Assembly (NCBI RefSeq): GCF_026571515.1
Contig: NW_026867139.1
Location: forward strand, 62,001-126,000
Direction of reading: 5' to 3'
DNA: 64,000 nt
Origin: Ruditapes philippinarum
Taxonomy: Eukaryota
Position numbers and translations under genes: made by a program. Numbering within the stretch: the stretch's first letter is position 1; each line of letters starts with the position of its first letter. Shown piece by piece: positions 12,726 to 26,000 of the stretch. The notes under the pieces were generated by a model, which was given only the letters and a program-made list of their open reading frames with translations, was not told where the DNA came from and searched no databases.

Positions 12726-13868
12726 ATTATATACTGGATTATGTCTATTATTTTTTTATATTTTAAATGAAAAAAAAAAACATGCACGTTTTATCATTAT
12801 CTAACAAAGGACATGTCTAAGTTTGTACACTATAAAGTCCTTAGTGGTAAAGCTCAGAACGTTGAAAAACACCGATTGTCTCCCTTAGCGACAAAACAAA
12901 GACAGACAAGTGCGTTTGAATTAGCAACACCTTTACAAACAAGAAGCGGGTATTTAGTCTTGGTTCTCTGAATTATGTACATGTATTTATTTTTCACTAA
13001 AATGTAACATTAAAATAAAACAGGGGTTAATGCATAAGCAGTGAGATGTAATTCAGCGGCTTGATATATCCTTATTATTGAAGAGAGGAGAGTTATGGCC
13101 CTTTGTTATAGCTTTCTACCAAGTTGTCTGAGGAGAGTTATGGCACTTGACTTTGTTTTAGCTTTTTAGCAAGTTGTCTCAAACCCTGTGTTTGAAAAAA
13201 GTTATGGCCCTTTCTTATAGCTTTCTTCTAAGTTTTCAAACCCTGTATCAGAATTTTGTATAGCTTGATACAGCTTAATAGAATGCTAATAAGTAATGTT
13301 GCTGATGATATACTCTTCATATTCCTGTTGCTTTCTCACAGTTGCAGTCCTTGATTTTAGTTTTAACAGCTATGATATGACATTTATAAGGTAAAATTCT
13401 TTTTCCTTCCATACACTATATAAATTCATTTGCATTGGATGAAATTTGAATAGGATGCATAATATAATACAAGGTTTAAGTTTTAAATTTGTTGAGTTGA
13501 CATTTCATGGAGTTATGTCCCTTTACTTTTACACCAAGTTTGTATCCAGATTATCAAAACCTTCTTGACAGGGTATTATGGAAAATTTGCTAGCAAGTCG
13601 GACTACTATGTGAATGAATAACAGGTGTTAGTCCTTACATACATATATATCAGTCCATAAAATAAAACCAATCTCCAATTTTTCATGTTTATTTAAAGCA
13701 AAGACTTTTTGTGTAGTGTAAAAATAAATCATCAAAACAGTATGATTATAAATAGATATAAATAGATAGAAAATATATTTATAACTAATTATTGTGTCAT
13801 CTATCATATAACAAACTGATACAACAAATTTTGAAACAAAAGATGAACAAATGGAAAAAGTAAAGAAT

Positions 13869-14151
13869 TTAAAGGGACTCATCTGAGGATTTTTGACATG
13901 ATGGGACTTGGATATTCATCAAAGAAATTTATATTTTTGATCTAGCTCTATACCAATAACTTGTGTGCAAAGTTTCAAAACATTTGCTGATCTCAGAGTA
14001 ATCAATTTTGTTGTGCAAAATGACCCAAAAAATGAAAAGCATTTAAATGCTTTTAACTCAAAAGGAGCTAAGAATGGCACTATTTACATTGTATTTAATT
14101 TTGAGTTTGTTTCTTATTTTAGGCTTATGCACGTCAGTGGAGTCCCTTTAA
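13869..14151. mobile_element. TTAA-flanked MITE (Kolobok-like ends)
   Basis: ttaa-agggactc ... gagtccct-ttaa. The same ends occur at 40460-40806 and there is a solo right end at ~60408-60427. Confidence 0.7.
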
Positions 14152-15369
14152 TATCACAGTTTATGATATGTTTTATTTGAATGTGGTATTTGTATATCAT
14201 ATACTTCTGTTATATAAATCTAATACAAAATCTTTTTTTTTTCTTTCTTATTAATCAAGGTAAAGAAAATATATCCTAGCTGCAGGAGTGTTTTGTAGAT
14301 TCCTATTTCTAGAAATTTAATTTCAGAAAGGAAAGCTGTGTAATCTTTGATGATCAATTTAAATAGCTTTTTATATTTGATACATGTACCAAGTTGCTAT
14401 GGTTACAATTATTAAATAGTTTTAGTACAGACATTTCATTCCATGAATTGATTATATAAAAAGAATATTCATGTCAAGATTTCTTTGAGATAAATCACAG
14501 TGGATTATATGGTATTTTCATTAGAAAGCAATGAATTTTCATCTGTTTGAGTAATACGCAAGTATTTTTATGCAAAAACGTATACACATCCTATTTTGAA
14601 TTATACAGGAAAAACATAAAATGTTAACCAATTAAAATTTAATATCACAAAAAATTATGCAACTGTCACTTTATTGCACAAAATTCAATATTTTCTATGT
14701 TTTATTTCACATTTCAATGCACATAGTATAACATCTTAAACTTTTAAAATGCACCTATTTCTAAACAACACAGGATATTTTGAAATTCATACTTAAATAT
14801 TTCACATATTTGTTGACTTCACATGCAAGATTTTTTTTAAATTTTCAATCTCATTCCTGAAAGAATAGATAAACAGTATATTGTTCAGATATTTTGTCTT
14901 ACTTTATCTTGTGATTTTTTAAGTAAATAAAGATGAGCAGAAAACAACATTATTAAAGGCCATTTTCCTAGAAATGCATATTTAACATTCTTTTTTTTTA
15001 AAAAATCATGATATGAGGAACATATCAATTGTACTATGCAAACATTTGTAAGAAACAAAATAAGAAAGACAAAAGGATAAAAAAGGAGGAAAATGGATAG
15101 CCCCTGTCAGCTTATTATGGAATATCTCTTCTATAAATCTAAATTTGTTAAGAATCTGCTCCTATCTAGAGACATGTCAACCTGAGATAATGTAAACATA
15201 ATGTAACAATCTCCAACATGGTTATATATACAATTAATAAAGGAAAATATGTAAAATCTTATTAAAACACACCCTTTTCCAGCAAAGCTGATGTGCAAGC
15301 ATCACATGAAATTTTAAAATTTGTGGATATTTGTATTCAAGTCACAATGACATAATGAAGGTCATATTT

Positions 15370-15584
15370 TAGCCCTTAATCTGTTGGAAACAAAAGTTAT
15401 TAGCCTTTGCCACCAGTATTGAGCAATACATGTCCACAAAAACCTGTGCAGTCCGACCAGGCTCTACACTGTTTGCTGACATTCTTCAAACTTTCACCTT
15501 GATATCCCTAAAATTGATAATGGACATTTCCAAAAACAGAAGCTAGACAAGTCTAGTGCACGCACTCAGCAGGTTACGGGTTAA
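15370..15584. mobile_element. Short interspersed element, probably a TTAA/piggyBac-type MITE
   Basis: 'tagcctttgccac...gtgcagtc.gaccaggctcta.actgtt...aaattgataatg' recurs at ~36245-36450 and ~41650-41835; this copy ends 'gggttaa'. Confidence 0.55.
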
Positions 15585-16957
15585 GTTTCAAGCTTTACTG
15601 GTGGAGTAAGATCTCAGGTGACCTTAGGCACAAGCAGGCATCCGTGTAGAAGCATCAAGCATTAATCATCTCTATGCTGGCTGAATAGCTTCCTCATATA
15701 CATAAAAATAACCAATGCCCCAAATGGGATTTAATTCACTTTGGTAAAAGGGCAAGTGTATTGAAGTCAGCAACCCTAACCACTCTGGCAAAAAAAACCC
15801 CACTTAATCTGAGAAAAGAACATTGTTTCAATTGTTTGTCCAAGCCATGCACGTGTCGAGATTTCAAGATATAATTATTCATTATATGCACAATACATGT
15901 AGAGATGAGGAAAATATCAGTTATTTATACCATACATAGTTACATGTATATTAAACAAGGTGAGTATCATAAATAAGTGTTATTTTACATTTTTCTTTTC
16001 ATACATTTAAATTAAAATAATATTTTGACACAACCAAAAGAATTATTTCCTAAATCATGAAATGTTACACAATTAGTATCCATCAATACACAAAAATATG
16101 CACAAATTCTTATAGGCCAGTGTCCATATATAAATTAAAAGAATCCGTATTCATTAACTTTTCAAACAGTAAGATATATGGATTTCTAATGCTGGTAAAT
16201 TTCAGAAGAACAAAATGTTTTTGATAAGAGTCAGATTTTGGCATTCTAACAGAAAATGAAATTCAACACCTATATGTTGGGGATAGAGTGTATCAAGATT
16301 TATATATTTTTTCAAAATTGTGATTCAAAATAAATATACTCATGTTTTACAGTTTATACTTTTATAGTAGTTTACCAAAAATTTACAAAACAATCTATTT
16401 CAAACCACACTGAAAAAATACATTTAGAAAATAAGAATATACATGTATTAGAAATACTTTATGGCACAGGGAGAGGATTTTCACTATTTTTGTTAAAACT
16501 TGCTTCTTTAGTCCATCTTATATAAACACAAAAATATACAACTTATTTATCAAAATCTTAACAACATCTAATTATTAATGTATAGTTATCTCAAGTTATT
16601 TATATTCTGTATAAATTTATTCAAGGAATACACAAATAAAATATCTATGTCTGTCCACTAATCATATGTTTAAATGGTTTATCAAAAATCATCAAGATAA
16701 TCGATATATTACCAAATGAATTTAACTGTTAAAAAAAGGTACACACTATTTTCTCGAGAAAAATTTGATAACTAAAAGAAGTAAATTCCAATAACATTAC
16801 ATATACATATGTGTGGTTATAATAGTTCTACTTCACAAATAAGAGTGAGAGTGCACTTGCTGTTCATCCAATCAAATAGCTTGATACATAATATTTCATC
16901 CAATCAGATTTCTTGATACAAATGTCTAATCCAAATGATCGTAACAAATACAAAATT

Positions 16958-19559
16958 TCATCCAATCATTGGTGCTGTAGCAACTTTTCCCTCACCATCA
17001 GTAAATATGCGTACACGGTCCTCTCTATAATCCATTGTAACCATGGAGTTTTCAGGTAAAATCTGTATCTGTTTAAATACAAATAACTGATCAGTCAAAA
17101 AAAAAACTATTTAGGAATTAGAAAAATGATATTTTTGTTATTAATCCATTATCTAAATCTTATATAATATCCAATTTTTCTCTGGGACGCCTTTGGGACA
17201 GACGCCTTAATTCTGGGACTTTCCCAAGCGTCCGGGATATTATGGCATGTATGTCTAAAATATGGCTGGACTATAATGAAAATGTCAAATCAGACCACTA
17301 TGTTAGAAAGATCATGTCACTGCTCAAATAAACTTACAAATGCTTATAGCAAGAGTACAATCATGTATTTTATTTTCTCAACTTTAATCATTTGTACATA
17401 ACTAGCTAATGTGATATTTCACTGACAAAATATTTGGATATATTTATTTGGAATTAAACAAACATATAACTAACAAAGCAGCAAAGGTATTCACAAAACA
17501 AAACAAGGATATAATCATGCTGATGTCAACTGATGTCTTTTTACAATTGACTTATAATGAAAATATTTGAACCTAACATACACACATTAAACTATACTCC
17601 ATAACAAGATAAAACATGTGAAACTAATGCCACACAATATAGAAATATAAACAATTTGCTGTTTGAAATGTTTAAATAAGTTGTTTAGAACATGTTGTTT
17701 TTATCCAAAAGCTATACTACAGTATAAAAAGTACAATTTGATAAAGAACTAGAGAAGTATTCAAACAGAATTTAGTTAAGTAATTCAGTTTTAAATGATA
17801 TTTTACTAATGATACTGTACTGACCGTTATATTTTTATATATTCCTCTGATAACATTCTCTGCCTCTGTACTTGGCTGAAAGAAAGAAAACAAATGCAAA
17901 AATAATACATTGTAATTTATATCGGATCTGAATTTGTACACTTAACGATCCTTATACTAGAAATGTGTTCAAAGAACATTATGATTATAACTATACACAT
18001 ATAACAATAAACCAATATAAATTAAAGCTAAAAGAGTATCACATGTCAACACCAGAAATGGTTCTACAACATTTTAATGTCTACAATTAGTTTTGTGCAT
18101 GTCATGGCTTTTTTATTTTCATGAATGTTTTAAATGTATGTACCATACATGTTATTTTAAATGTCCATGTATATGTATTCATTACTGTGATTACAGAAAT
18201 AAAGCTACTTGTATTTCCTTCACTCCACTTTAATCCAATTAAGAAATACCAATTTAATCCAATTAAGAAATACCACTTTAGTCCAACTAACTAATCAATT
18301 TAATATGAGATAACTGTTGAATAAACAAACAACCAATCAACATGTTGAATAAACAAGGTGACATGCAAAAAACACATAATAGATGAAAATACTTTGTATT
18401 ACAATGGGCGATTGAGATTAAATTCAATGTCCGTGTAAGTTATGTTTAAAAGATTTACAATATCTAAGTATACAACAGAACTATATCTCATGTTAAAAGT
18501 TTATGTTAACTGAGAAAGTAATCAAAAGTTACTAAAAATAATTGAAATAAACATATATAAAACCTTTATTTATTAACTTAATAAAAAATATTGAATGAGG
18601 GGTGAAGTGTCTTATTCATTATTGATTGTGGGGGGTAAAGTGGCTTCAAAATTTGAGGGGTGAAATGTCTTGTTCCCATTACTTTTGTGAATAACATGTT
18701 ACAGTAGTATGACTTCATTCTACCTATTAACAATATGATGCAAATTAAAAAATGACAGATGCAATTCAACATTAATTTATAACAATGACCCTCATTTATG
18801 ATTTTAAAATGGAACAATTCTTTAAAATCTGTAGCCCTGTTATGCCTGAACCTAGCTCAGAACAGTCAATTAATAAGTTAACGGATGTAATATAAATCCG
18901 TGCAAGTTGCAGTAAAGGACCAGTTCTGGTTTCACCAACACCATTTTCATTGAAATATGTGACTTTTAAATTTTTTGTCGATAATATAATGCAATGTGTG
19001 TCTAATAAGTTGGGAGCTCATTTTCTTATACAGTTTTGAATTGCTGGTTTCCTAGGAAAACATGCTGAATGAGTTGGAACAGGTCCTGTGCTGTAATTGG
19101 TCTACTTATAGTAGTTTCATGATTCCTAGTAAAGACATATTTGAATAATTTAAGGAGTAGGTAGTTATCGGTTATTGAACTGTTGCAGTTTTCAATTATT
19201 TGTTTTTGATTTTTGTTTTATTTGTTATTTCTCAAATGATACACAGAGCAGCTTGACATGTCCCAGTTTTAATTTCATAGATGCAGACAGTTCTCCTCTA
19301 TATATAGGGAGAACAGTCAGAGAGAAAACCCCAGGGTAGGGACTGGTAAGTTCAGGACACAAGTGACATATTTATCATACAAAAAATGCCACGCCCACTT
19401 AAGTGAGGAATAAAACTAGTACTGTAACTAGAAGTGTGACATGTACGCCATTTTTTAGGTATCGTTTAAATGTTATGTAATTTAAATAAATATGCTTACT
19501 AATCCTACAAGCTCAGGCCAACTTGTCTGTTCCCCTCCAGAATTACTTTCTTGCGACAT
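16958..19559 (-). CDS. Potato inhibitor I family (MEROPS I13; eglin c/CI-2-like) serine protease inhibitor, 73 aa, 3 exons
   Basis: Exons 19559-19500, 17875-17825, 17068-16958, all phase 0 GT-AG. Protein: MSQESNSGGEQTSWPELVGL/PSTEAENVIRGIYKNIT/IQILPENSMVTMDYREDRVRIFTDGEGKVATAPMIG. The WPELVG, TMDYR.DRVRIF and terminal P.IG signatures are present. Confidence 0.93.
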
Positions 19560-20004
19560 GTCAGCGTTGTTGTCTCCCTTGATGTGAATGGGAGAAATCA
19601 TTAAACTAAAATTGAAGTTTTACCTTAGTTACCAAATATTACCGATTGTTAGTGGTTTTAATCATAATTCAAACAAATGATATTACTCAATTATATTTCA
19701 GGTGCTTAATTTTGCAACAAAATATTATAAATCTTAAGTCTCCATTGAAAATAATTAAAGATCCCTAACCGGAAATATGTTCAAGGGAAGCAACTCTATC
19801 TGGAAACGTCCACCTTGTCAAAAAAGTGAATTCGTTGCATGTTAAGAAGAAAATACTTTCCACTCATTAATTAAAAACATTCTGTTCATCAATTGAACTG
19901 TGTGAATTGATTTGATAAATAGCCTATCGTTTTGGTTGACTGTTTTAGGTGTGAATAGTAAGAAAGTATTTTTGAAAGAATTCCGAATTCAACAAGTCGG
20001 AGCC
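19560..20004. promoter_or_regulatory. Probable bidirectional promoter and 5'UTRs
   Basis: Only 445 bp separate the divergent start codons; an ETS-like accggaaat lies at ~19768. Confidence 0.5.
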
Positions 20005-23000
20005 ATGGGTGACAAGAAACTTTTGTATGTGTCACTTTTTATTTTGGTTCTTGGACTGTCCGAGGTGCAAGTTTTTGGAAGTGATCATGACAAAAGTGAT
20101 AATTCTAAAGAAAAGAATAAGGTAATGAACTTTCATGTTACTTGAACTTGTAGGAATATGTCAAATCCAGTGATAATTATTTTGGACCAGTGAAAATTTT
20201 AAGAAATTTTAATATGAAAAAGGCAAAGCCTCAAAGCGAGCTCGATTTTCTTTTAACGTGAAATAGTATGAAATAATCGCTCATTTTTATTTCAAATGCA
20301 GTGACGAGTGCGTTAGTCCAATAGATTAGACGTTACAGGCTTGTTATAGTTTTATGTTGGTCAAGCCTGACGTCTAATAGTTATTGGTCAAAAACGCGTA
20401 GCATTTTGAAAAATTAAAAAAATGTCTGTTGACTTGCCTTTCAAGCTTTATTCAAAAGCTTATCTTCTGTTCTTTCAATTGCATGGTCTATCATTAACAA
20501 AAAGTTTCAAACAATGTACTTATTAATTAAAAATAAAATATAAATATCAATCTATTTCGCTCATCGGCCATACTGGTTTAGTAAAGCGTTTTACAGATTA
20601 ATTCCAATTTTTTGAACGGAAAAATATTTTCGAACACACTGACGGTGCATGGGCAATTATTTTGTTTAAAAAATATTCCGTTAGAAACTTCTGGAGTCAT
20701 TTAAACGCTTGCATTTGAATTAGCCAATCAGATTTCGCGCACTGTATGGCGGCCATTTGTATATCTGCTGTACATGGAATTTAATTAAATGAGAGGATTT
20801 AATCATGACTTTTCGGGTGTGACAGTTCAATTATTTTGTTGAAAGGTATTTAATTTTTAGTTTTGTTCATAAATAGTTCAAAATTTATGTAAATACACGC
20901 TGTTTTAATTGTTAAAATGCATTAGATCTAAATCAATGTCTAATGTCAAATTTTTTGCTACACGATTTTGCAAAGATCTGTTAAGACCTAACGTAACATG
21001 GAAAATGAAAAATGTAAAATATCAGATTAATGAATGATAAATATGAAATAGGTTACGTATAGGTCTTATAATTAGGACTAACGAGTGCGTGTGACGTTAC
21101 ACGTACTGTGTTAGATATGGCTCCGCCCCTGTCGTTAAATGAATAACGAGTTTTAAAAAACGTTGATAAAACTTTGTTTATTTTATTTCACTCTATAATT
21201 TTTCAAGCGAAATAAAGATTATTAAAAGTGAAATAAACGTAAAACTTAAAATGTTTGCGACATTAAGTATGAGACCCATAATGAGCACTATAAGGAACTA
21301 TAAAATTGACAACATAGGTCAGTTATATACCTTTAAAGACACAAGAATGCAAAATTTAAACAAAGTTTACCGTATGTTTTACGAGTTATGAAGATTTTTC
21401 TAAAGTAAAACTTGGCTAATAGAAGGGCTCTTTTTATGCCCCCGCCATATAATGGCAGGGGCATATAGTGTTACCCTGTTCCGTCATTCCGTCATTCCGT
21501 CATTCCGTCCTTCCGTCCTTCCGTCATCATCAGTTTCCGTTCATTATCTTAATAACCCTTGCACATATTGAACTCAAATTTGACATATGGATATGTCATG
21601 AGAAAATACAGGTCAAGTTCGAAATTGGTCATGGTTCGATGATTTTTGGCAGAGTTATGCCCCTTTTACATTGAAAATAATATGAAATTTTCAGTTTCCG
21701 TTCATTATCTCCCAAACGGTTCAAAACATTCAATTCAAAATTGACATATGGATATGTCATGACAAAATACAGGTCAAGTTCGAAATTGGTCATGGTTCGA
21801 TGATTTTTGGTAGAGTTATGCCCCTTTTACTTTGAAAATAATATGAAATTTTCAGTTTCCGTTCATTATCTCCCCAACGGTACAACACATTCAACTCAAA
21901 CTTAACATATTGATATGTCATGAGAAAATACAGGTCAAGTTCAAAGTTGGTCATGGTTCGATGATTTTTGGCAGAGTTATGCCCCTTTTACTTTGAAAAT
22001 AATATGAAATTTTTAGCTTCCGTTCATTAACTCCCCAATGGTACAACACATTCAACTCAAACTTGACATATGGATACGTCAAAGGAATGCGCAGGTCAAG
22101 TTTAAATTTGGTCATGGTTCAATGATTTTTTGCAGAGTTATGCCCCTTTCACTTTGAAAATAATATGAAATTTTCAGTTTCCGTTCATTATCTCCCCAAT
22201 CGTACAACACATTTAGCTCAAACTTGACATATCGATACGTCAAAGGAATGCGCAGGTCAAGTTCAAATTTGGTCATGGTTCGATGATTTTTGGCAGAGTT
22301 ATGCCCCTTTTTCTTTGAAAATAATATGAAATTTTCAGTTTCTGTTTATTATCTCCCCAACAGTATTAAACATTCAACTCAAATTTGACATATTGATACG
22401 TCAAAGGAATGCGCAGGTCAATTTCAAATTTGGTCATGGTTCGATGATTTTTGGCAGAGTTATGCCCCTTTCACTTTAAAAATAATATGAAATTTACAGT
22501 TTCTGTTCATTATCAACCCAACAGTGTTACATATTCAACTCAAAATTGACATATGGATATGTCAAAGGAATGCGCAGGTCAAGTTGGAATTTGGTCATGG
22601 TTCGATGATTTTTTGGCAGAGTTATGTCCCTTTCACTTTGAAAATAATATAGATACATCTTAGGAATAAGCAGTTTAAGTTTGAATTTGGTCGTGGTTCA
22701 ATGATTTTAGACAAACTTATCTTTCCTGAATGTTGAACTTTCAGTTTTAGCACTCATACTTTTGTGGAAATGTATATAGCCATTATGTTGGCTACAAATA
22801 TGCAATATGCTGTTTTTAAAAGGTTAAGACTGAATAATTTCAGTGCCTTGAACATTATATAAAAATGGTTTGTGTTAACATTGAAAAGTTTTAAGGGCTT
22901 TGAACTTAGAATGAAAAAAATAATTTGTGCAAACAAATTTGGAACTAAATATTATAACATTTGAAATTTTGGCTGCATGCGGGGGCATCCGTGGCATGAT

Positions 23001-26000
23001 GACACATTTCTAGTTCAGAAATGAGAAACTCTAATTATTCTATTATATAATAATTATGTAATAATGTAATAATGTTTTCCTATAGAAAATATTTTAGAAA
23101 CAAATAATAGCATTCAGCTAACAAATGACCCAGCAAAATTATTTTTTCTACTCAAAATGTTTAAAATATGTAAATATGTATATAAATGTTACCCTACCCC
23201 ACCCATTTTAAGTAGTTGTTTGATCATTTTTAGCTCGACTATTCGAAGAATATGAGAGCTATTGTAGTCGCCCCGGCGTCGGCGTCAGCGTCCGCGTCGG
23301 CGTCTGCGTTGGTTAAAGTTTTTTGTAAAGTCAAATATCTCAATTATTACTTGAGATATTCAATTGAAACTTACAATACTTATTTATAGTAACAAGGTAC
23401 ATCAGATTGACAAGTTGGATAACTCTGCCTACAATATTTACAGAATTATGCCCCTTTTTAACTTAGAAATTTTGGTTAAAGTTTTTTGTAAAGTCAAATA
23501 TCTCAATTATTGCTTGAGATATTCAATTGAAACTTACAATACTTATTTATAGTAACAAGGTACATCAGATTGACAAGTTGGATAACTCTGCCTACAATAT
23601 TTACAGAATTATGCCCCTTTTTAACTTAGAACTTTTGGTTAAAGTTTTTTGTAAAGTCAAATATCTCAATTATTGCTTGAGATGTTCAATTGAAACTTAC
23701 AATACTTATTTATAGTAACAAGGTACATCAGATTGACAAGTTGGATAACTATGCCTACAATATTGACAGAATTATACCCCTTTGGAACTTAAAAATTTTG
23801 GTTAAAGTTTTTTTGTAAAGTCAAATATCTCAATTATTGCTTGAGATATTCAATTGAAACTTACAATACTTATTTATAGTAACAAGGTACATCAGATTGA
23901 CAAGTTGGATAACTCTGCCTACAATATTTACAGAATTATGCCCCTTTTTAACTTAGAACTTTTGGTTAAAGTTTTTTGTAAAGTCAAATATCTCAATTAT
24001 TGCTTGAGATATTCAATTGAAACTTACAATACTTATTTATAGTAACAAGGTACATCAGATTGACAAGTTGGATAACTATGCCTACAATATTGACAGAATT
24101 ATACCCCTTTGGAACTTAAAAATTTTGGTTAAAGTTTTTTTGTAAAGTCAAATATCTCAATTATTGCTTGAGATATTCAATTGAAATTTAAAATACTTTT
24201 TTATAGTAACAATGTACATCAGTTTGCAAAATTGCATAACTCTGCCTGCAATATTTGCAGAATTATTTGCCCCTTTGAAACTTAGAAATTTTGGTTAAAG
24301 GTTAAAGGTCTTCAAAGATATTTACTTGAAACTTTACACATGCACTTAGGGTCATAATTGGAGGGTCATACTATCAAGCACTTAGAATAGTCGAGCGTGC
24401 TGTCCTACCGACAGCTCTTGTTCTACTTGGAGGGCCTAATTCAAAATATCCCTAAAATTTTCTCAAATCAGGGGCTGTTTTCAAAGTTTGCATAAATTTT
24501 CTTAAAAGTATATTGGATGCGCTTGTCAAATATAAAATACTTTTACCGTCTAGTTTTTATTTTATTAGACTTTGAAAATATCAGGTACCATATTTGATAA
24601 TAAATTTGGCACAATTTAGCCAAAAGATACCAATAATAATTTTATAATTAAAATGAAACACTTTTTTCTTATCAAGAGTGATCTGAGAGACACAAATAAT
24701 GTTCAAAGAAAAAAAAGAAAGAAAAAAAAAAGTTGCCTCTTCTGGGGCTTGAACCCGCGCCCCTCAGTTTCAATGCGGTTGACAGTAGTTCTAGTCTATT
24801 TGAGTACTCTTCAAAGTGGAGGTAATGCATTAGGTGCTGTTTGGCGCTACATTGTGACGTCACGTAAACAATACTTTAAACGTCTGTACAGCGTTAACGA
24901 CTGAATAAAAGATATTTGTGTTCGGATTCATTTTCTTAGTTAGACCATTTTCTTTCATTCTCGATAGTTTTCACAACAAAATTCGACAAAAAATTGTTTT
25001 TATTTATCAGATTTTTCAAACAAAATGGCGCCTTCAATTTTCTTCGATATTTCACAGCTTCCGTTATTCTGGTTTCCTGTCTAATTATGGTTCCCATAGA
25101 CGTGCGCGGGTGACCAGTCTACACATCCGTTTTCAGTCAGAATTCCTCAGTTTTTATCGTTATCTTTAAATTCGAAAGGTTGCGATGTGTCAAATTCGTT
25201 ACTTTGGACGAAAGTTTTCAAAACCATCACTTAGCAGGTACTCGCGTTACCGTAAAGCTCGCTTTGCGAGCAGGCCCTTCGGGCCAGCTCGTCGAGCTCG
25301 CTAGTAAAATATGTTGTAGAATAAATTAAAAACTGGAATTCGGTCTAGTAATTCAATATCTAAAATTCATTAAACTGTAAATGTAATGTGAAAGTAGGCA
25401 AAGTCTATGAACGGGGAAGTTCGTTAAAAAAAATTCCTGATCATTTTTTATTTTAATATTTCTGATTTAAAATTGTTATTCTATAACTTATGTACCGCTT
25501 CTATTTTCAATCGGAACAGTTCTACGATGATTCTCAACCCGTAAAGGCTCAAGTTGCGATTGTTCCATTATCAGAATAACTTGTTACATATTAATTGTTT
25601 GTTTGTTTTGGGTTTTATGTCACATCAACAGAGTATAGGTCATATTGCTACGTTCCAGCTTTACTGGTGGAGGAAGACCCCAGGTGCCCTTCTGTGCATT
25701 ATTTAAAGCACGAACGGGCACCTGAGTAGAACCACCGACGTTCCGTAAGCTAGCTGGATAGCTTCCTCACATGAAAGAATCCAAAGTCCCTGTCGGGATT
25801 AGAACCCACAGCAGTGAGGGGCAAGTGGTTTAAAGTCAACAACCTTATTTAAACCACTAGGCCACATTATGTAATTAATGACTTACATGTAAGTAAACTT
25901 AAAGATGCCAGTGTTCGAAATTAGCAGTAGTCCGATAGCCCCTGACTACTAAATTTCTCCTCGGGCTACCAACTTTTCACAGTAACATGCCCGACTAGGC

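Noticed and set aside
23364-24042. Three near-identical 62-aa ORFs; CRISPR-like periodicity
   Set aside because: These are 163-bp tandem core repeats of a HINE element, with no unique spacers and no cas genes.
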